NCBI GenBank assembly: GCA_965112635.1
Contig: OZ218778.1
Coordinates: 2,144,001 to 2,208,000, forward strand
Direction of reading: 5' to 3'
DNA from: an uncultured bacterium
GTDB taxonomy: Bacteria > Oederibacteriota > Oederibacteriia > Oederibacteriales > Oederibacteriaceae
Length of the DNA stretch: 64,000 nucleotides
The notes under the pieces were generated by a model. The model searched no databases. It worked only from the letters and a program-made list of their open reading frames with translations, and was not told the DNA's origin. Shown here piece by piece: positions 17,851-28,660 of this stretch (position 1 is its first letter; each line of letters begins with the position of its first letter). A program made the position numbers and the translations under genes.

Positions 17851-20127
17851 ATGGAAAAGAGCCTGGTTATCGTAGAATCGCCAGCCAAAAGCAAAACTAT
17901 CAAAAAGTTTTTAGGGCCTGGTTTTGAAGTCATGGCAAGCATGGGGCATGTCAAAGATCTTCCTAAAAGTAGATTGGGTGTTGATGTTGCGGGTAATTTT
18001 GATCCTGAATATATTGCTATAAGAAAAAGGATGAAAACAATTAAGGAATTAAAAGCCGCTTCAAAAAAATCATCCACTATCTATCTCGCTGCAGACCCGG
18101 ATCGTGAGGGAGAAACTATTTGCTGGCATTTATCGCAAATTTTTGAGGGGAAAACAATGTACAGAATTTCAATGGATGAGATTACTAAAAAAGGAGTGAA
18201 AGAAGCTTTTGAAAATAAACGCAATGTCGATATGAACATGGTTGAGGCTCAGCAGACGAGGAGAATTTTAGATAGGTTAGTGGGATATTCCGTAAGCCCT
18301 CTTTTGTGGAAAAAAGTTAGGCGGGGTTTGAGTGCAGGGAGAGTGCAAACTGTTGCCGTCAGATTAATTTGTGAAAGAGACGAGGAAATAAAATCCTTTA
18401 AGCCAGTTGAATATTGGTCCATAGAAGTTCTTTTAAATGTCGAGAGAGGTGGCCAGTTTTGGTCAAAACTGGTTGAGTGGGATGGGCAAAAATCAGAGAT
18501 ACCTAATATAGAACTTTCGCAAGAGATAGTAAACAAATTGAAAAATGCTACTTATTCGGTAAAAGAGACAGAGACTAAAGAGCAAAGGAAGAATCCCCTT
18601 TCTCCTTACACTACAAGTAAGATACAGCAGGATGCATCAAGCAAGCTGCGTTTTTCAGTAAAAAAGACGATGATGATCGCGCAAAAATTATATGAGGGAT
18701 TAGATGTTGGGGAAGAAGGTTTGACTGGACTCATTACTTATATGCGAACGGATTCTGTGAGAATTGCCTCTGAGGCTCAGGCTGAAGCGCTCCAATACAT
18801 CAAGGATGTCTTTGGTAGCCAATATTGTCCTTCTCAACCTAACCAGTTTAAAAGCAAAAAAAGTATACAGGATGCTCATGAGTGCATCAGACCTACCTCG
18901 GTTGCGAGGAATCCAGATGAAATAAAAGGGTATTTGGATAAGGATGAATACAAGCTTTATAAGCTTATTTGGCAGAGATTTTTGGCAAGCCAGATGAATC
19001 CTGCGATTTTTGAAATATTCACTGCGAATATTAATGGGGATAAGGGACTTTTTAGAACAATTTGGAACACAATAAAATTCCAGGGATATCTAGCTATATA
19101 TCAAGAAGATGAGGCTGATGGAGACCAAAATGGAGATATGGCAGAGAAGGAAGAAATAAATGTAAAAATGAATTTGGTCAAAGGCGATTTATTAACACTA
19201 GTTGAAATAAAGCCCGCGCAGCACTTCACCCAGCCCTCTGCAGCGTTCAATGATGCATCGTTGATTAAAGTTCTTGAAGAAAAGGGGATTGGTCGTCCGA
19301 GCACTTATGCTCCGATCATTTCAACGATTGTTGAAAGGGGTTATGTGGAAAAACTTGAAGGCCGTTTATATCCCACAAGTTTAGGCAAGATTGTTAACGA
19401 GCTACTTATAGATAATTTTGCAGATATTTTTAATGTTGAATATACGGCTTTAATGGAAGATGAATTAGATAAGATAGAAGAAGGGCAGTTGAAGCGCACT
19501 GATGTTTTAGGGGCTTTCTATGGAGCATTTAAAAAGGATGTTGACGCGGCCAAAGAAACGATGAGAGACGTTAAAAGCGAGATGGAAACTCAAACTGATG
19601 AAATTTGTGAAAAATGTGGCAAGCCTATGTCCATAAAATGGGGAAGATTTGGGAAATTTCTGGCATGCACTGGTTATCCCGAGTGCAAGAATACAAAACA
19701 GATAAGGGATATAGGTGATGGGAAATTTGAAATTAAACCTGAGGAGGCAACTGAAGAGAAATGCCCAAAATGCAACAGCCCAATGATATTTAAACATGGG
19801 CGATTCGGAAAATTTTTAGCTTGTTCGCGATATCCTGAATGTAAAACTACTAAATCAATTAGCCTTGGGATAAAATGTCCAAAAAAGGATTGCAATGGAG
19901 ATATTGTGCCGAGAAGAACCAAAAATAGAAGGTTATTTTATGGATGTAGCCGTTATCCGGAATGTGATTTCGTCACTTGGAATAAACCTGTCAAAAGGCC
20001 ATGCCCAAAATGCAATCAGCCATTTATGGTCGAAAAATACAATAAGGGTGGAAATAATACCTATACCTGTGTGAATGAGGCATGCGGCTATGAAGAAAAA
20101 AGCAATTCGGATATAATAGCAGCTTAA
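17851..20127 (+). CDS. topA: Type IA DNA topoisomerase I
   Basis: LVIVESPAK, DPDREGE, SAGRVQT, ITYMRTDS, GIGRPSTY, C-terminal Zn ribbons; start at ATG 17851. Confidence 0.97.
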   Translation: MEKSLVIVESPAKSKTIKKFLGPGFEVMASMGHVKDLPKSRLGVDVAGNFDPEYIAIRKRMKTIKELKAASKKSSTIYLAADPDREGETICWHLSQIFEGKTMYRISMDEITKKGVKEAFENKRNVDMNMVEAQQTRRILDRLVGYSVSPLLWKKVRRGLSAGRVQTVAVRLICERDEEIKSFKPVEYWSIEVLLNVERGGQFWSKLVEWDGQKSEIPNIELSQEIVNKLKNATYSVKETETKEQRKNPLSPYTTSKIQQDASSKLRFSVKKTMMIAQKLYEGLDVGEEGLTGLITYMRTDSVRIASEAQAEALQYIKDVFGSQYCPSQPNQFKSKKSIQDAHECIRPTSVARNPDEIKGYLDKDEYKLYKLIWQRFLASQMNPAIFEIFTANINGDKGLFRTIWNTIKFQGYLAIYQEDEADGDQNGDMAEKEEINVKMNLVKGDLLTLVEIKPAQHFTQPSAAFNDASLIKVLEEKGIGRPSTYAPIISTIVERGYVEKLEGRLYPTSLGKIVNELLIDNFADIFNVEYTALMEDELDKIEEGQLKRTDVLGAFYGAFKKDVDAAKETMRDVKSEMETQTDEICEKCGKPMSIKWGRFGKFLACTGYPECKNTKQIRDIGDGKFEIKPEEATEEKCPKCNSPMIFKHGRFGKFLACSRYPECKTTKSISLGIKCPKKDCNGDIVPRRTKNRRLFYGCSRYPECDFVTWNKPVKRPCPKCNQPFMVEKYNKGGNNTYTCVNEACGYEEKSNSDIIAA

Positions 20128-20171
20128 GTGGAAGTTTATTTTGATTACAATATATTAATTAGGCCAAAACT

Positions 20172-21251
20172 ATGGAATATGGGAAAGTCATAAAAATAGT
20201 TTTTTTGCTGACTTTGTTATTTGGTTGCGCAACTAATTTAAAGAATATTCAAATAGAAGGTAGCCCTGCCAGTGTTCACCCCACAATATATCGCGAGGTA
20301 GTTGTTGGAGAAAATCCAGTTTATGTTGCAGTCACCCCTGATGGTCAGTATGCCTATATTACAAATTCGCATTCTGATAATGTGTCTGTTTTGCGGCTGA
20401 GCGATATGAACATCTTTACAACTCTAGGTGTTAATAGTGGTCCGGTAGGCTTGGCCATAACACCTGATGGGAAAATCCTTTATGTAGCCAATAGGGGTGC
20501 GAGAAATATCAGCGTTTTTAGTTTGCCTGAACACTCAAACATAGCAACCATTGCCCTTGAGAATGAACCCGAAAATATTGCTTTTACGCCAGATGGGAAA
20601 TATGCTCTTGTCACTCATCCAACAGCATTTTTTATTTCGGTAGTTAAAGTTGCCAATCATAGTTTACAAACGGCTATTCCTTTATTAAGTTCACCCATAG
20701 GACTGGCGATGACTCGGGATGGTCTATTGGCTCTAATAACTACTAATAATAACAAGGAAAATATATTTTTTATGTCCTTGTCGGACTTTTCGGTTGTTAA
20801 TAGCATTGCTGGGGGCAATCTACCTGTTGGGGTGGCCATTAACGCTCAAAATACCTTTGCGTATATTGTAAATAATAAAAGCAATAACATTTCCATTATT
20901 GATCTCAAGAATCAATCAGAAAAAACAAGGGTCACAGTAGGTGATGGGCCTGCTGGCATTGCTTTAACGCCTAGTGGAAAATATGCCTATGTTACAAATC
21001 ATATAAGTAATAATATATCAGTTATCAATTTAACTGAAGAAAAGGTTGTTGAGACTATAGATCTGTCAGGGTCTCCATGGGGAATAGCTTTTACGCCGGA
21101 CGGGAAATATGCTTTAATCGCACTATATGAAAATATATTGCCTTCTCAACAAGATTGGTACAGGAGAAAAATCGGAAGTGGTCAGCAAAGCGCGGGGCCT
21201 CTTTTCCCAAGCCATATTTTAGATATAATTCAAACAAATGATTTTAACTGA
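20172..21251 (+). CDS. YVTN/YncE beta-propeller lipoprotein
   Basis: Lipobox LFGC; about seven repeats of P-x-G-I-A-x-T-P-D-G-K-Y-A-Y-V-T-N. Confidence 0.88.
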   Translation: MEYGKVIKIVFLLTLLFGCATNLKNIQIEGSPASVHPTIYREVVVGENPVYVAVTPDGQYAYITNSHSDNVSVLRLSDMNIFTTLGVNSGPVGLAITPDGKILYVANRGARNISVFSLPEHSNIATIALENEPENIAFTPDGKYALVTHPTAFFISVVKVANHSLQTAIPLLSSPIGLAMTRDGLLALITTNNNKENIFFMSLSDFSVVNSIAGGNLPVGVAINAQNTFAYIVNNKSNNISIIDLKNQSEKTRVTVGDGPAGIALTPSGKYAYVTNHISNNISVINLTEEKVVETIDLSGSPWGIAFTPDGKYALIALYENILPSQQDWYRRKIGSGQQSAGPLFPSHILDIIQTNDFN

Positions 21252-21300
21252 AAAGAACTTAGTAGAACCTTATAGAAAAATTATAATTAGGAGCAATATT

Positions 21301-21840
21301 TTGAAAAATAAATATTTAATTACTTTTTTGGTATTTCCTTTTATTTTATTTTTATTTTTTGGGTGTGGTTATAGCTATAAAGCTGTATTGCCGGAACACA
21401 TCAAAAGAATTTATATCCCAATCTTTAAGAATGATACATTGCAATATAATATTGAAGGAGTTCTGACCGATACAATAGTGAAGCAGTTTGTATCACAGGC
21501 GAAATTGATCGAAGGTGGTTATTTAACTGTTGTTCAGAATAAGTCTGAAGCTGATGCTGAGTTGGATGGGGAGATAGTTCAGTATATTTTGGAGCCGGTG
21601 CTAGTTGACCAAAAGGGTTCAGTACAAGAATATAAAATGAGACTTCTTTTGAATTTAAATTTCCTAGATTTAATAAATAATAATTCTCTTTGGTCTGAAC
21701 AAAACTATGAATGTAAGACAAAAATATTTTGGAAAGTCGCGCCTACTATAGGTGTGCCGCAGACAGAGCAAGAAGTACAACTCCAGGTTTATCAAGAGTT
21801 AGCACAAGAAATTGTTAATCGTACAATATTTGGCTGGTAG
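21301..21840 (+). CDS. lptE: LptE-family lipoprotein
   Basis: Lipobox FFGC then GY, LPEHIKRIYIPIFKNDT, ADAELDGEI, final helix ending in GW; directly upstream of holA; TTG start after AGGAG. Confidence 0.75.
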   Translation: MKNKYLITFLVFPFILFLFFGCGYSYKAVLPEHIKRIYIPIFKNDTLQYNIEGVLTDTIVKQFVSQAKLIEGGYLTVVQNKSEADAELDGEIVQYILEPVLVDQKGSVQEYKMRLLLNLNFLDLINNNSLWSEQNYECKTKIFWKVAPTIGVPQTEQEVQLQVYQELAQEIVNRTIFGW

Positions 21841-21843
21841 AAA

Positions 21844-22854
21844 TTGCCAAACCCTTCAAAGAAAATCCCCCTAGATGATTTTAAAAGTTCCTTATCTCAA
21901 AGTAAGTTATGCAATTTATTGCTTTTTGATGGGCAGGAAGATTATTTAAAAAGGCAGGCTATTGTTGATATAAAGAAGTTGTTGTTTGGGGATGACATCC
22001 AGAATATTAATATTGATATTATTTCAGGAAAAGATTTGAGTGCACGTGAGATCATAGAAAAGGCACAAACCATTCCCTTTTTGAATGTAAATAGGCTGAT
22101 AATAGTTAGTGAATTCGAAAAAACTACTGAAAAAGAGAGAAACAAATTAATTCCATATTTCGAAAATCCTACATCTTTTACTTGGCTGATTTTCCTTTTT
22201 AATGGTTTATTTAAAGATTCTAATTTTATTGAGAATATTTCAATACAAGGGCAGGTTATAACATTTTGGCCTTTATGGGATAATCAATATAAAAGTGAGG
22301 CTCTGAATTGTTTAAAGAAACTGAGTTTGACTATTGACGATGTATCATTATTAACCTTATTAGATCATCTAGATGGATCTTTATATTCATTGCATAACGA
22401 ATTGGATAAGTTAGCTGAATTTATTGGGCAAAGAAAAAATATATTGTATGAAGATGTTTTGAAATTGGTGGGTTCAAATAAAATTATTGATTTTGACAGT
22501 TTTAATTTTTTATTGGTAAGAAATGGCTATTATGCTTTGGAGAATTTAGAGGGTTTCAGCCAAGATAAAACAAATTTTATTCTGATATTCTTTAAACTTT
22601 ATAGATTTTATAAAGTATTAGTTAAAGTAAAGGAGATGGCGAGGCATGATGGTAATTTAGATTCAATATTGAAAGCGATGCGTGTTCCCTATAAACAAAA
22701 AAGGCAATTTATTGATGGCCAAAAGTTGAAAAATGAAAAAGTAATGTTATTAGTAAATAAATTAATAGACCTAGATTATGAAAATAAAGGAAGTGCTATC
22801 ATACAAAAATTACTTTGGAGATATCAAGCTTATATTCTGAATTATGTCTATTGA
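21844..22854 (+). CDS. holA: DNA polymerase III subunit delta (divergent)
   Basis: LLFDGQEDYLK, AQTIPFL..RLIIV, NELDKL; convergent with rpsT as usual. Confidence 0.85.
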   Translation: MPNPSKKIPLDDFKSSLSQSKLCNLLLFDGQEDYLKRQAIVDIKKLLFGDDIQNINIDIISGKDLSAREIIEKAQTIPFLNVNRLIIVSEFEKTTEKERNKLIPYFENPTSFTWLIFLFNGLFKDSNFIENISIQGQVITFWPLWDNQYKSEALNCLKKLSLTIDDVSLLTLLDHLDGSLYSLHNELDKLAEFIGQRKNILYEDVLKLVGSNKIIDFDSFNFLLVRNGYYALENLEGFSQDKTNFILIFFKLYRFYKVLVKVKEMARHDGNLDSILKAMRVPYKQKRQFIDGQKLKNEKVMLLVNKLIDLDYENKGSAIIQKLLWRYQAYILNYVY

Positions 22855-22923
22855 AAAGTTTTTAAGGTCATTTTTTGATAATGCAAAATGAAGAGTTGCG
22901 ATGGGTTATTTAAAGAGCATGCT

Positions 22924-23181
22924 TTATTTAATATATTTTGAGCGGAACAGTTTTAAGAGATTAGCCTTAAGCCTTGCTGATTTATTTTTATGAAAAATAG
23001 TTTTACTAGCTTTATCAATACTCGATATTGCCATTTTCAAAATATTCTTTGCTTCTTCGGAAGATTTTGAATTCCGGATTTTCTTTATATAACCTTTAAT
23101 AATAGTTAACTGAGCTTTATTTTTTAATGTACGTGTTTGTGTTCTTCTTACATCTTTTATTGAAGATTTAAGTATAGGCAT
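22924..23181 (-). CDS. rpsT: 30S ribosomal protein S20
   Basis: MPILKSSIKDVRR, IDKA..IFHKNKSARLK; basic, 85 aa. Confidence 0.93.
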   Translation of the reverse strand: MPILKSSIKDVRRTQTRTLKNKAQLTIIKGYIKKIRNSKSSEEAKNILKMAISSIDKASKTIFHKNKSARLKANLLKLFRSKYIK

Positions 23182-23262
23182 ATTTTTCCTCTCTAAATAA
23201 ATTTCTATTAATATATTAGAAAGTTTGTTTTTTCACAATATTTATTTTGAATAGGGGAGAGA

Positions 23263-24840
23263 GTGGTGTCAAGGGGAGTGGCAAAAAATGCTTTTATATT
23301 AAGTTTATTCACGTTATCAAGCCGGATTTTGGGATATGTTAGGGATTCAATCAATGCAGCCCTATTTGGGGCCGGATTTGTATCAGATGCCTATTATGTT
23401 GCTTTCAGAATCCCAAATTTTTTGCGTGATTTAGTAGCTGAGGGATCTTTTAGTTCTGCATTTGTATCAGTCTTTTCTAATATATTAGAAAAGAACGGCA
23501 AAAGAGATGCGTGGCGCCTTGCCAATTTAGTGCTTAATCTACTTGTGTTTATTCTCATTTTTATAGTTGTTTTGGGAGTTGTATTTAGTCCTTTCATAGT
23601 TAAGGTTTTGGGTTGGGGGTTTTCTGCAGTTCCAAACAAACTTGAATTAACTGTTAAACTAACAAGAATACTTTTTCCATTCATAGCTTTTATCTCACTA
23701 GCCTCTTTTTTTATGGGGATATTAAATTCATTCGGCAACTTCAGTCTTCCGGCATTTGCTCCTTGCCTTTTTAATATTGCTATGATTTTGAGCGGATTTT
23801 ATCTATGCCCCTTATACGGTCCTGATCCTGAAAAACAAATTATTGGCTGGACCATTGGGGCTCTAGTGGGTAGCTTCCTGCAACTAGTTGTTCAAATGCC
23901 AAATGTTTTTAAATTGGGTTTTAAATACAATTTTATTATTAACATTTTTCATCCTCTTATTAAAAAGATAGTCGAGCTTCTTATACCAGGGGTATTGGGC
24001 CTTTCGGTTGTTCAAATTAATTTGTTCGTTAATATATTAATTGCTTCTTTGCTTACACAAGGAAGTGTAACTTATTTAAATTATGGAAATAGATTGATGC
24101 AATTTCCTTTAGCCCTTTTTGGTATTTCAATTGCAACCGTAATTTTGCCAACTTTGTCTGCAAGTATAGCGCGGAACAATCTTAACGAAGCGAAGCAAAT
24201 TTTTAATGATGCAATAAGATTGGTTTTCTATTTTATACTACCATCTTCCGTAGGCATTTGTGTTCTAAGTCAACCAATAAACGATTTGCTTTTTGGATAT
24301 GGGAAATTCAATTCAGTAGATGTAAATAATACGGCGTTAGTATCCACATTATTTAGCATTGGATTATTTGCTATCGCCGCTAATAGAGTATTTGTGGCTG
24401 CCTTTTATTCTTTCTACGACACTTGGACTCCACTGAAGATCGGATTGATAAGCGTTTTGGCCAATATCTTTCTCAATATCTACTTCAAAGTATTTGAAAA
24501 AGAGTTAAATTTTTGCGGCCCTCCTATTGCCACTACACTTGCTAGCATTCTGTCCTTCTTTATGTATTTATACTATTTAAAGAAGAAATTTAATTTTGTG
24601 GCTAATAAAGAATTATTCTCTGCTTTTAATAAAATATTATTAGCTGCTCTTATTATGGGTATTGTGCTTTATGTTGGGTATGGCTATTCTGATTTAATTT
24701 TTAAAAACACCCATAGATTATTTAAAATATTAAGGCTTTTTTTGGTCATGTTTGTTGGTGTCCTGTCCTACTTTACTTGTTCTTTTTTCCTAAAAATAAA
24801 GGAACAAAGAGAGTTTTTCTCAGTTTTTTTGAAAATTTAG
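23263..24840 (+). CDS. murJ: Lipid II flippase MurJ/MviN
   Basis: SRILGYVRD, AFRIPNFLRDLVAEG, NRLMQFP, DTWTP; divergent from rpsT. Confidence 0.95.
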   Translation: MVSRGVAKNAFILSLFTLSSRILGYVRDSINAALFGAGFVSDAYYVAFRIPNFLRDLVAEGSFSSAFVSVFSNILEKNGKRDAWRLANLVLNLLVFILIFIVVLGVVFSPFIVKVLGWGFSAVPNKLELTVKLTRILFPFIAFISLASFFMGILNSFGNFSLPAFAPCLFNIAMILSGFYLCPLYGPDPEKQIIGWTIGALVGSFLQLVVQMPNVFKLGFKYNFIINIFHPLIKKIVELLIPGVLGLSVVQINLFVNILIASLLTQGSVTYLNYGNRLMQFPLALFGISIATVILPTLSASIARNNLNEAKQIFNDAIRLVFYFILPSSVGICVLSQPINDLLFGYGKFNSVDVNNTALVSTLFSIGLFAIAANRVFVAAFYSFYDTWTPLKIGLISVLANIFLNIYFKVFEKELNFCGPPIATTLASILSFFMYLYYLKKKFNFVANKELFSAFNKILLAALIMGIVLYVGYGYSDLIFKNTHRLFKILRLFLVMFVGVLSYFTCSFFLKIKEQREFFSVFLKI

Positions 24841-24909
24841 TAAAAAAAGTTTTTAAGAATTCAGGACTTAATATTGGCATGTTTAGTGTTATATTTAATA
24901 TAATTACAT

Positions 24910-25857
24910 TTGGAGTTTAATAATTATATGAGAAAAAAAATGATAAGTAGAAAAATTAGTTTAAAGGTTATTTTTTGGGCATTATTTATTTTCTTAATAT
25001 TTGTAACAAGTCTAATTTATAAAATTTATCAGCATTCGCAAAAGCCAGTTTTTATCAAGGTCAAAGTTCTTCAGCAGTGGAGTAAGAAGGATGGCCGAGC
25101 ATTAGCTGTTGCGCTAGACGGCTCAAAACTTTATATTTCTGATACAAAAAATAAAGAAATCGATATTTTTTCGATAGATGGTAAGCCGTTAGCAATCTGG
25201 AAAGGTTTCGAAAATCCAAATGGCATTTGCGTGGATGACTGGGAAAATATTTTTGTTAATGATAATGCAATGGGGTTTGTGAAAAAATTCAATCGCAATG
25301 GAAAAATTATTAAAAAATGGAAATTTGGATTTTATGGACAAAGGGGATTGGTCAATGGCGATAAATGCATATATATTACTGATACGGGGAATCATAGAGT
25401 TTGTAAGTTTGATTTACAGGGCAATTTACTGAAGGAATGGGGGAAGCCGGGAAGGGGGCGCGACCAGCTTGGTGAGCCCATCGGCATTACGCGAGATATT
25501 GATGGTTTTATTTATGTTGCAGAATCCAGGAACCATAGAATTCACAAATACAGTTCTGATGGTTCGACTGTGACTTTATGGTCATATTCGGCAGGCCCTG
25601 ACGGTGGCTATGCCATTGAGCCATATTTAACTTCAGACGGACAGGCACACATTATTCTTTCCGACCAACATAATGGATGTTTGCAAGTATTTTCAAATGC
25701 TGGGCATCTTCTGGGCATTACAGAGAAGGGTGCTTTTGATTCGCCTTTAGGGCTAGCTGCTGATAAGAACAATGATATATATGTGCTAGACAAAAACTTT
25801 AGAGTCCAAAAGGTGCATTTAATCTATCCTGTTTCGACGAAAGTTAAGAGTGAATAA
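24910..25857 (+). CDS. Membrane-anchored NHL-repeat beta-propeller protein
   Basis: N-terminal TM; IYITDTGNHRVCKF, PIGI..IYVAESRNHRIHKY repeats; start uncertain (ATG 24928/24940 possible). Confidence 0.85.
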   Translation: MEFNNYMRKKMISRKISLKVIFWALFIFLIFVTSLIYKIYQHSQKPVFIKVKVLQQWSKKDGRALAVALDGSKLYISDTKNKEIDIFSIDGKPLAIWKGFENPNGICVDDWENIFVNDNAMGFVKKFNRNGKIIKKWKFGFYGQRGLVNGDKCIYITDTGNHRVCKFDLQGNLLKEWGKPGRGRDQLGEPIGITRDIDGFIYVAESRNHRIHKYSSDGSTVTLWSYSAGPDGGYAIEPYLTSDGQAHIILSDQHNGCLQVFSNAGHLLGITEKGAFDSPLGLAADKNNDIYVLDKNFRVQKVHLIYPVSTKVKSE

Positions 25858-28660
25858 ATATTATTTAATTGTTTTGACAATTTTCTTATTTTTTATTGGG
25901 CAGTTTTTCTTTTTTATTGGTTTCCCTGTTGTTTGTTTTATTTTTTGTTTTCTTTGCTTCATTCCCTTATTTCTTTGGCCGCGTTTCAAGGATAGCAAAA
26001 TCAATAAAGAATGGTTCCCGGGAAGCAAGTCAGTTCTGCGAAGGAAACCCGCCGAACCTCAAAATAAAAAGACAAAAATTTTTAAGACAGATTATAACTT
26101 GAATAACATTCTTATTCTTTTGGCTCAGATAGCAGCTTTAGTTATTGCTTTATATTTGGGCATGTTGGGTCAAAAAGAATGGGCAGCTTTGAATAGAACT
26201 TCCGGCCTCGGTTATTATTTTATTGCTTCCATCTTTCTTTTAGTTGCTTTTTGGAATAAAGGGGGAGATGAATCTCCAGATTATCTTAAGCCTTTACCCA
26301 TTAAATTGGAGATAATTCTTTTCTTGATTGTCTTGGCAATCGGAGTTTTTTTTAGATTATATAAAATCACTTCGTTACCTAGTGGTAACTGGTATGATGA
26401 GGCAAGCAATGGTTTGATCGCACAAGAATTTCATGCCAATACGATTAGGGTTTATGTGCCAGAAGGTACCGAGCCTGCCCAATGGTTTTACTTCCTTAAT
26501 TTATTTCTTAGAGTTTTTGGAGTTACCACAACAACCTTAAGGTTTCAAGCTGCTTTTTTCGGTATTCTGACATTAGTTTCCCTCTATTTCCTTTTGAGAA
26601 TAGGTTGGAACCAACGAGCTGCACTTATAGGCACATTTCTATTGTCAGTTTCGCGGTGGCATGTCAATTTCAGTAGAATTAATTTTAATGCTATTCAGGC
26701 ACCTTTTTTAGAAGCAACTGTACTTTATTTTCTTTTACGAGGGCTTAAGTTTAATAATAAGGTTTCTTTTGTATTGGCTGGTTTGTGTCTGGGATTTTTT
26801 CTCCATTCTTATTTAGCTCTTAGGCTTTTCTTCGGGGTTATATTCCTATTTATTCTTTATAAAACACTGACAGCGCGAAATTTTATTAAGCAAAACATGT
26901 GGGGTTTGATCATTTGTTTAGTCGTTGCTTTATTAATAAGTAGTCCGATTATTTTTTATGCTTTGACTCATTCTGCCCAGTTCATGGGTAGATCAAATCA
27001 AGTTTCTATTTTCAATAATGTCCCTAAAAACCAATTATTACCGGTTCTTTGGAGCAATTTTAAGCTCACAATTTATCAATATACTGTTTGGGGTGACGGA
27101 AACGGGCGTCACAATCTTCCTACAGTTCCTCTTTTGGATTTTCTATCCTCTATATTTTGCACATTGGGTTTGGGTTTTGTGTGTTTTGATTTTATAGCAT
27201 CTTTTGCTTTACTGCCGGTGTTTGGCCGTAGGGTTTTTGTAGAACAAAGATCTTTAAATTTTCTCAATTTATGCTGGTTGGGGATCATGATAATGCCCGG
27301 AGTGTTAACTATAGAGGCGCCCCAAGCATTGCGAACTTTAGGTGCGGCTCCAGCAATTTTTATTTTTGCAGTTATTTTTATTGATAATGCTTGGAAGTTA
27401 TTCACAAAACTATTTGGAGCTACTTGGGAGCTGATATTTGTGATTTTGGTTTTAGTTAGTTTAATTCCGATTGCCGCTGCAAACTTCGATATTTATTTTC
27501 ACAGGCAGTTCGCTAATTGGGATGTGTGGCGATCCTTTTCTACTACTGAAATGGCTCAGGGGGAGTATATAAAAAGCTTAAACGGAAAATATAGGATTAT
27601 ATCCGACCACATTGATCACCCAACAATCAAGTTTATTGCTGGAGATTTAGCCAGCAGCTACCATTATTTTTATGCCTATCAAGATGTTCCAGTAAAAGAA
27701 TCTGCCGATAAGGGTATTGTTTATATTCTCCAGGGGTACCACGAAGCACTCATTCCTCTATTTAAATATTATTACCCCCATGGAAATCTACGGGAATTTA
27801 GAGACCCCTGGAATGAGCTCATGTTCTTTGGTTATGAAGTTGAAAAAGAGGAAGTCGCTGAAAATCAAGGTTTGATGGGTCAGTATTTTAAGAACGGTCA
27901 ACTTGTTGCCCAAAGGACCGATAGTGAGATTAATTTTGAATGGAGAAAAGATCAACTTCCGACCGGGAATAATTTATCGGTTCATTGGAAAGGCCAAATT
28001 TACTGTGCTGACAAGGGTAATTATTATTTTGGGATTCAATCTACCGAACCCTCGGTGTTGGTCGTTGATGGGAAAGTGCTTATTAATAGCTCTGGCGGAA
28101 TAAAAATGAGAAAAAACAGCCTCTATTTAATAGGAGGGATGCATGAAATTAAATTGGCTGGTGAGGCGATGGTTGGCGGGATATTGAAACTTTATGGCGG
28201 GCAAGCCCCACAACTTTTACAGATTGTTCCGTCTGCCAACCTTTGTGCGAAATTAACCTATCCAAATGGATTAAAGGGGTTGTATTACAGAGGGTTGCAA
28301 TGGAAGGAAACCCCAGAATTTTGCCTTAGTGCCCCTATGATTCAGTTTGAATGGGTCACAGATCCTATCCCTGCGCCATGGTCGGTCGAATGGCTTGGAA
28401 AAATCAAAATTAAAAAAGACGGGGAATATGTTTTTGGTCTTAATTCTAACAGGCATAGTGAATTAAAAATTAGCAATTCTGAGTTATTAAGTTTGGAAGG
28501 TGGTGAAAAGGAAGGCGCTATAAAACTTGACCGCGGTACCTATCCGATTCGAGTTAAATATGCGCAAGAAGGAGGTACATCATTAATAAAGTTATGGTGG
28601 ATAGCTCCAGGTATGAGTAAAGAGTGGGTTCCTCCTGAAGTTTTATTGCCGGAGAAATGA
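25850..28660 (+). CDS. GT39/PMT-like (GT-C) glycosyltransferase with two C-terminal PA14 domains
   Basis: FRLY..LP..WYDE loop motif, SRWHVNFSR, many TMs; PA14 repeats GLMGQYF..INFEW..SVHWKGQI and GLKGLYY..WSVEWLGKI..GEYVF. Confidence 0.85.
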   Translation: MNKYYLIVLTIFLFFIGQFFFFIGFPVVCFIFCFLCFIPLFLWPRFKDSKINKEWFPGSKSVLRRKPAEPQNKKTKIFKTDYNLNNILILLAQIAALVIALYLGMLGQKEWAALNRTSGLGYYFIASIFLLVAFWNKGGDESPDYLKPLPIKLEIILFLIVLAIGVFFRLYKITSLPSGNWYDEASNGLIAQEFHANTIRVYVPEGTEPAQWFYFLNLFLRVFGVTTTTLRFQAAFFGILTLVSLYFLLRIGWNQRAALIGTFLLSVSRWHVNFSRINFNAIQAPFLEATVLYFLLRGLKFNNKVSFVLAGLCLGFFLHSYLALRLFFGVIFLFILYKTLTARNFIKQNMWGLIICLVVALLISSPIIFYALTHSAQFMGRSNQVSIFNNVPKNQLLPVLWSNFKLTIYQYTVWGDGNGRHNLPTVPLLDFLSSIFCTLGLGFVCFDFIASFALLPVFGRRVFVEQRSLNFLNLCWLGIMIMPGVLTIEAPQALRTLGAAPAIFIFAVIFIDNAWKLFTKLFGATWELIFVILVLVSLIPIAAANFDIYFHRQFANWDVWRSFSTTEMAQGEYIKSLNGKYRIISDHIDHPTIKFIAGDLASSYHYFYAYQDVPVKESADKGIVYILQGYHEALIPLFKYYYPHGNLREFRDPWNELMFFGYEVEKEEVAENQGLMGQYFKNGQLVAQRTDSEINFEWRKDQLPTGNNLSVHWKGQIYCADKGNYYFGIQSTEPSVLVVDGKVLINSSGGIKMRKNSLYLIGGMHEIKLAGEAMVGGILKLYGGQAPQLLQIVPSANLCAKLTYPNGLKGLYYRGLQWKETPEFCLSAPMIQFEWVTDPIPAPWSVEWLGKIKIKKDGEYVFGLNSNRHSELKISNSELLSLEGGEKEGAIKLDRGTYPIRVKYAQEGGTSLIKLWWIAPGMSKEWVPPEVLLPEK

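Noticed and set aside
22825-22852. dif-like sequence CAAGCTTATAT-TCTGAA-TTATGTCTATT near the AT minimum
   Set aside because: Only TTATGT resembles the XerD arm, the XerC arm does not fit, and it lies inside holA in very AT-rich DNA.
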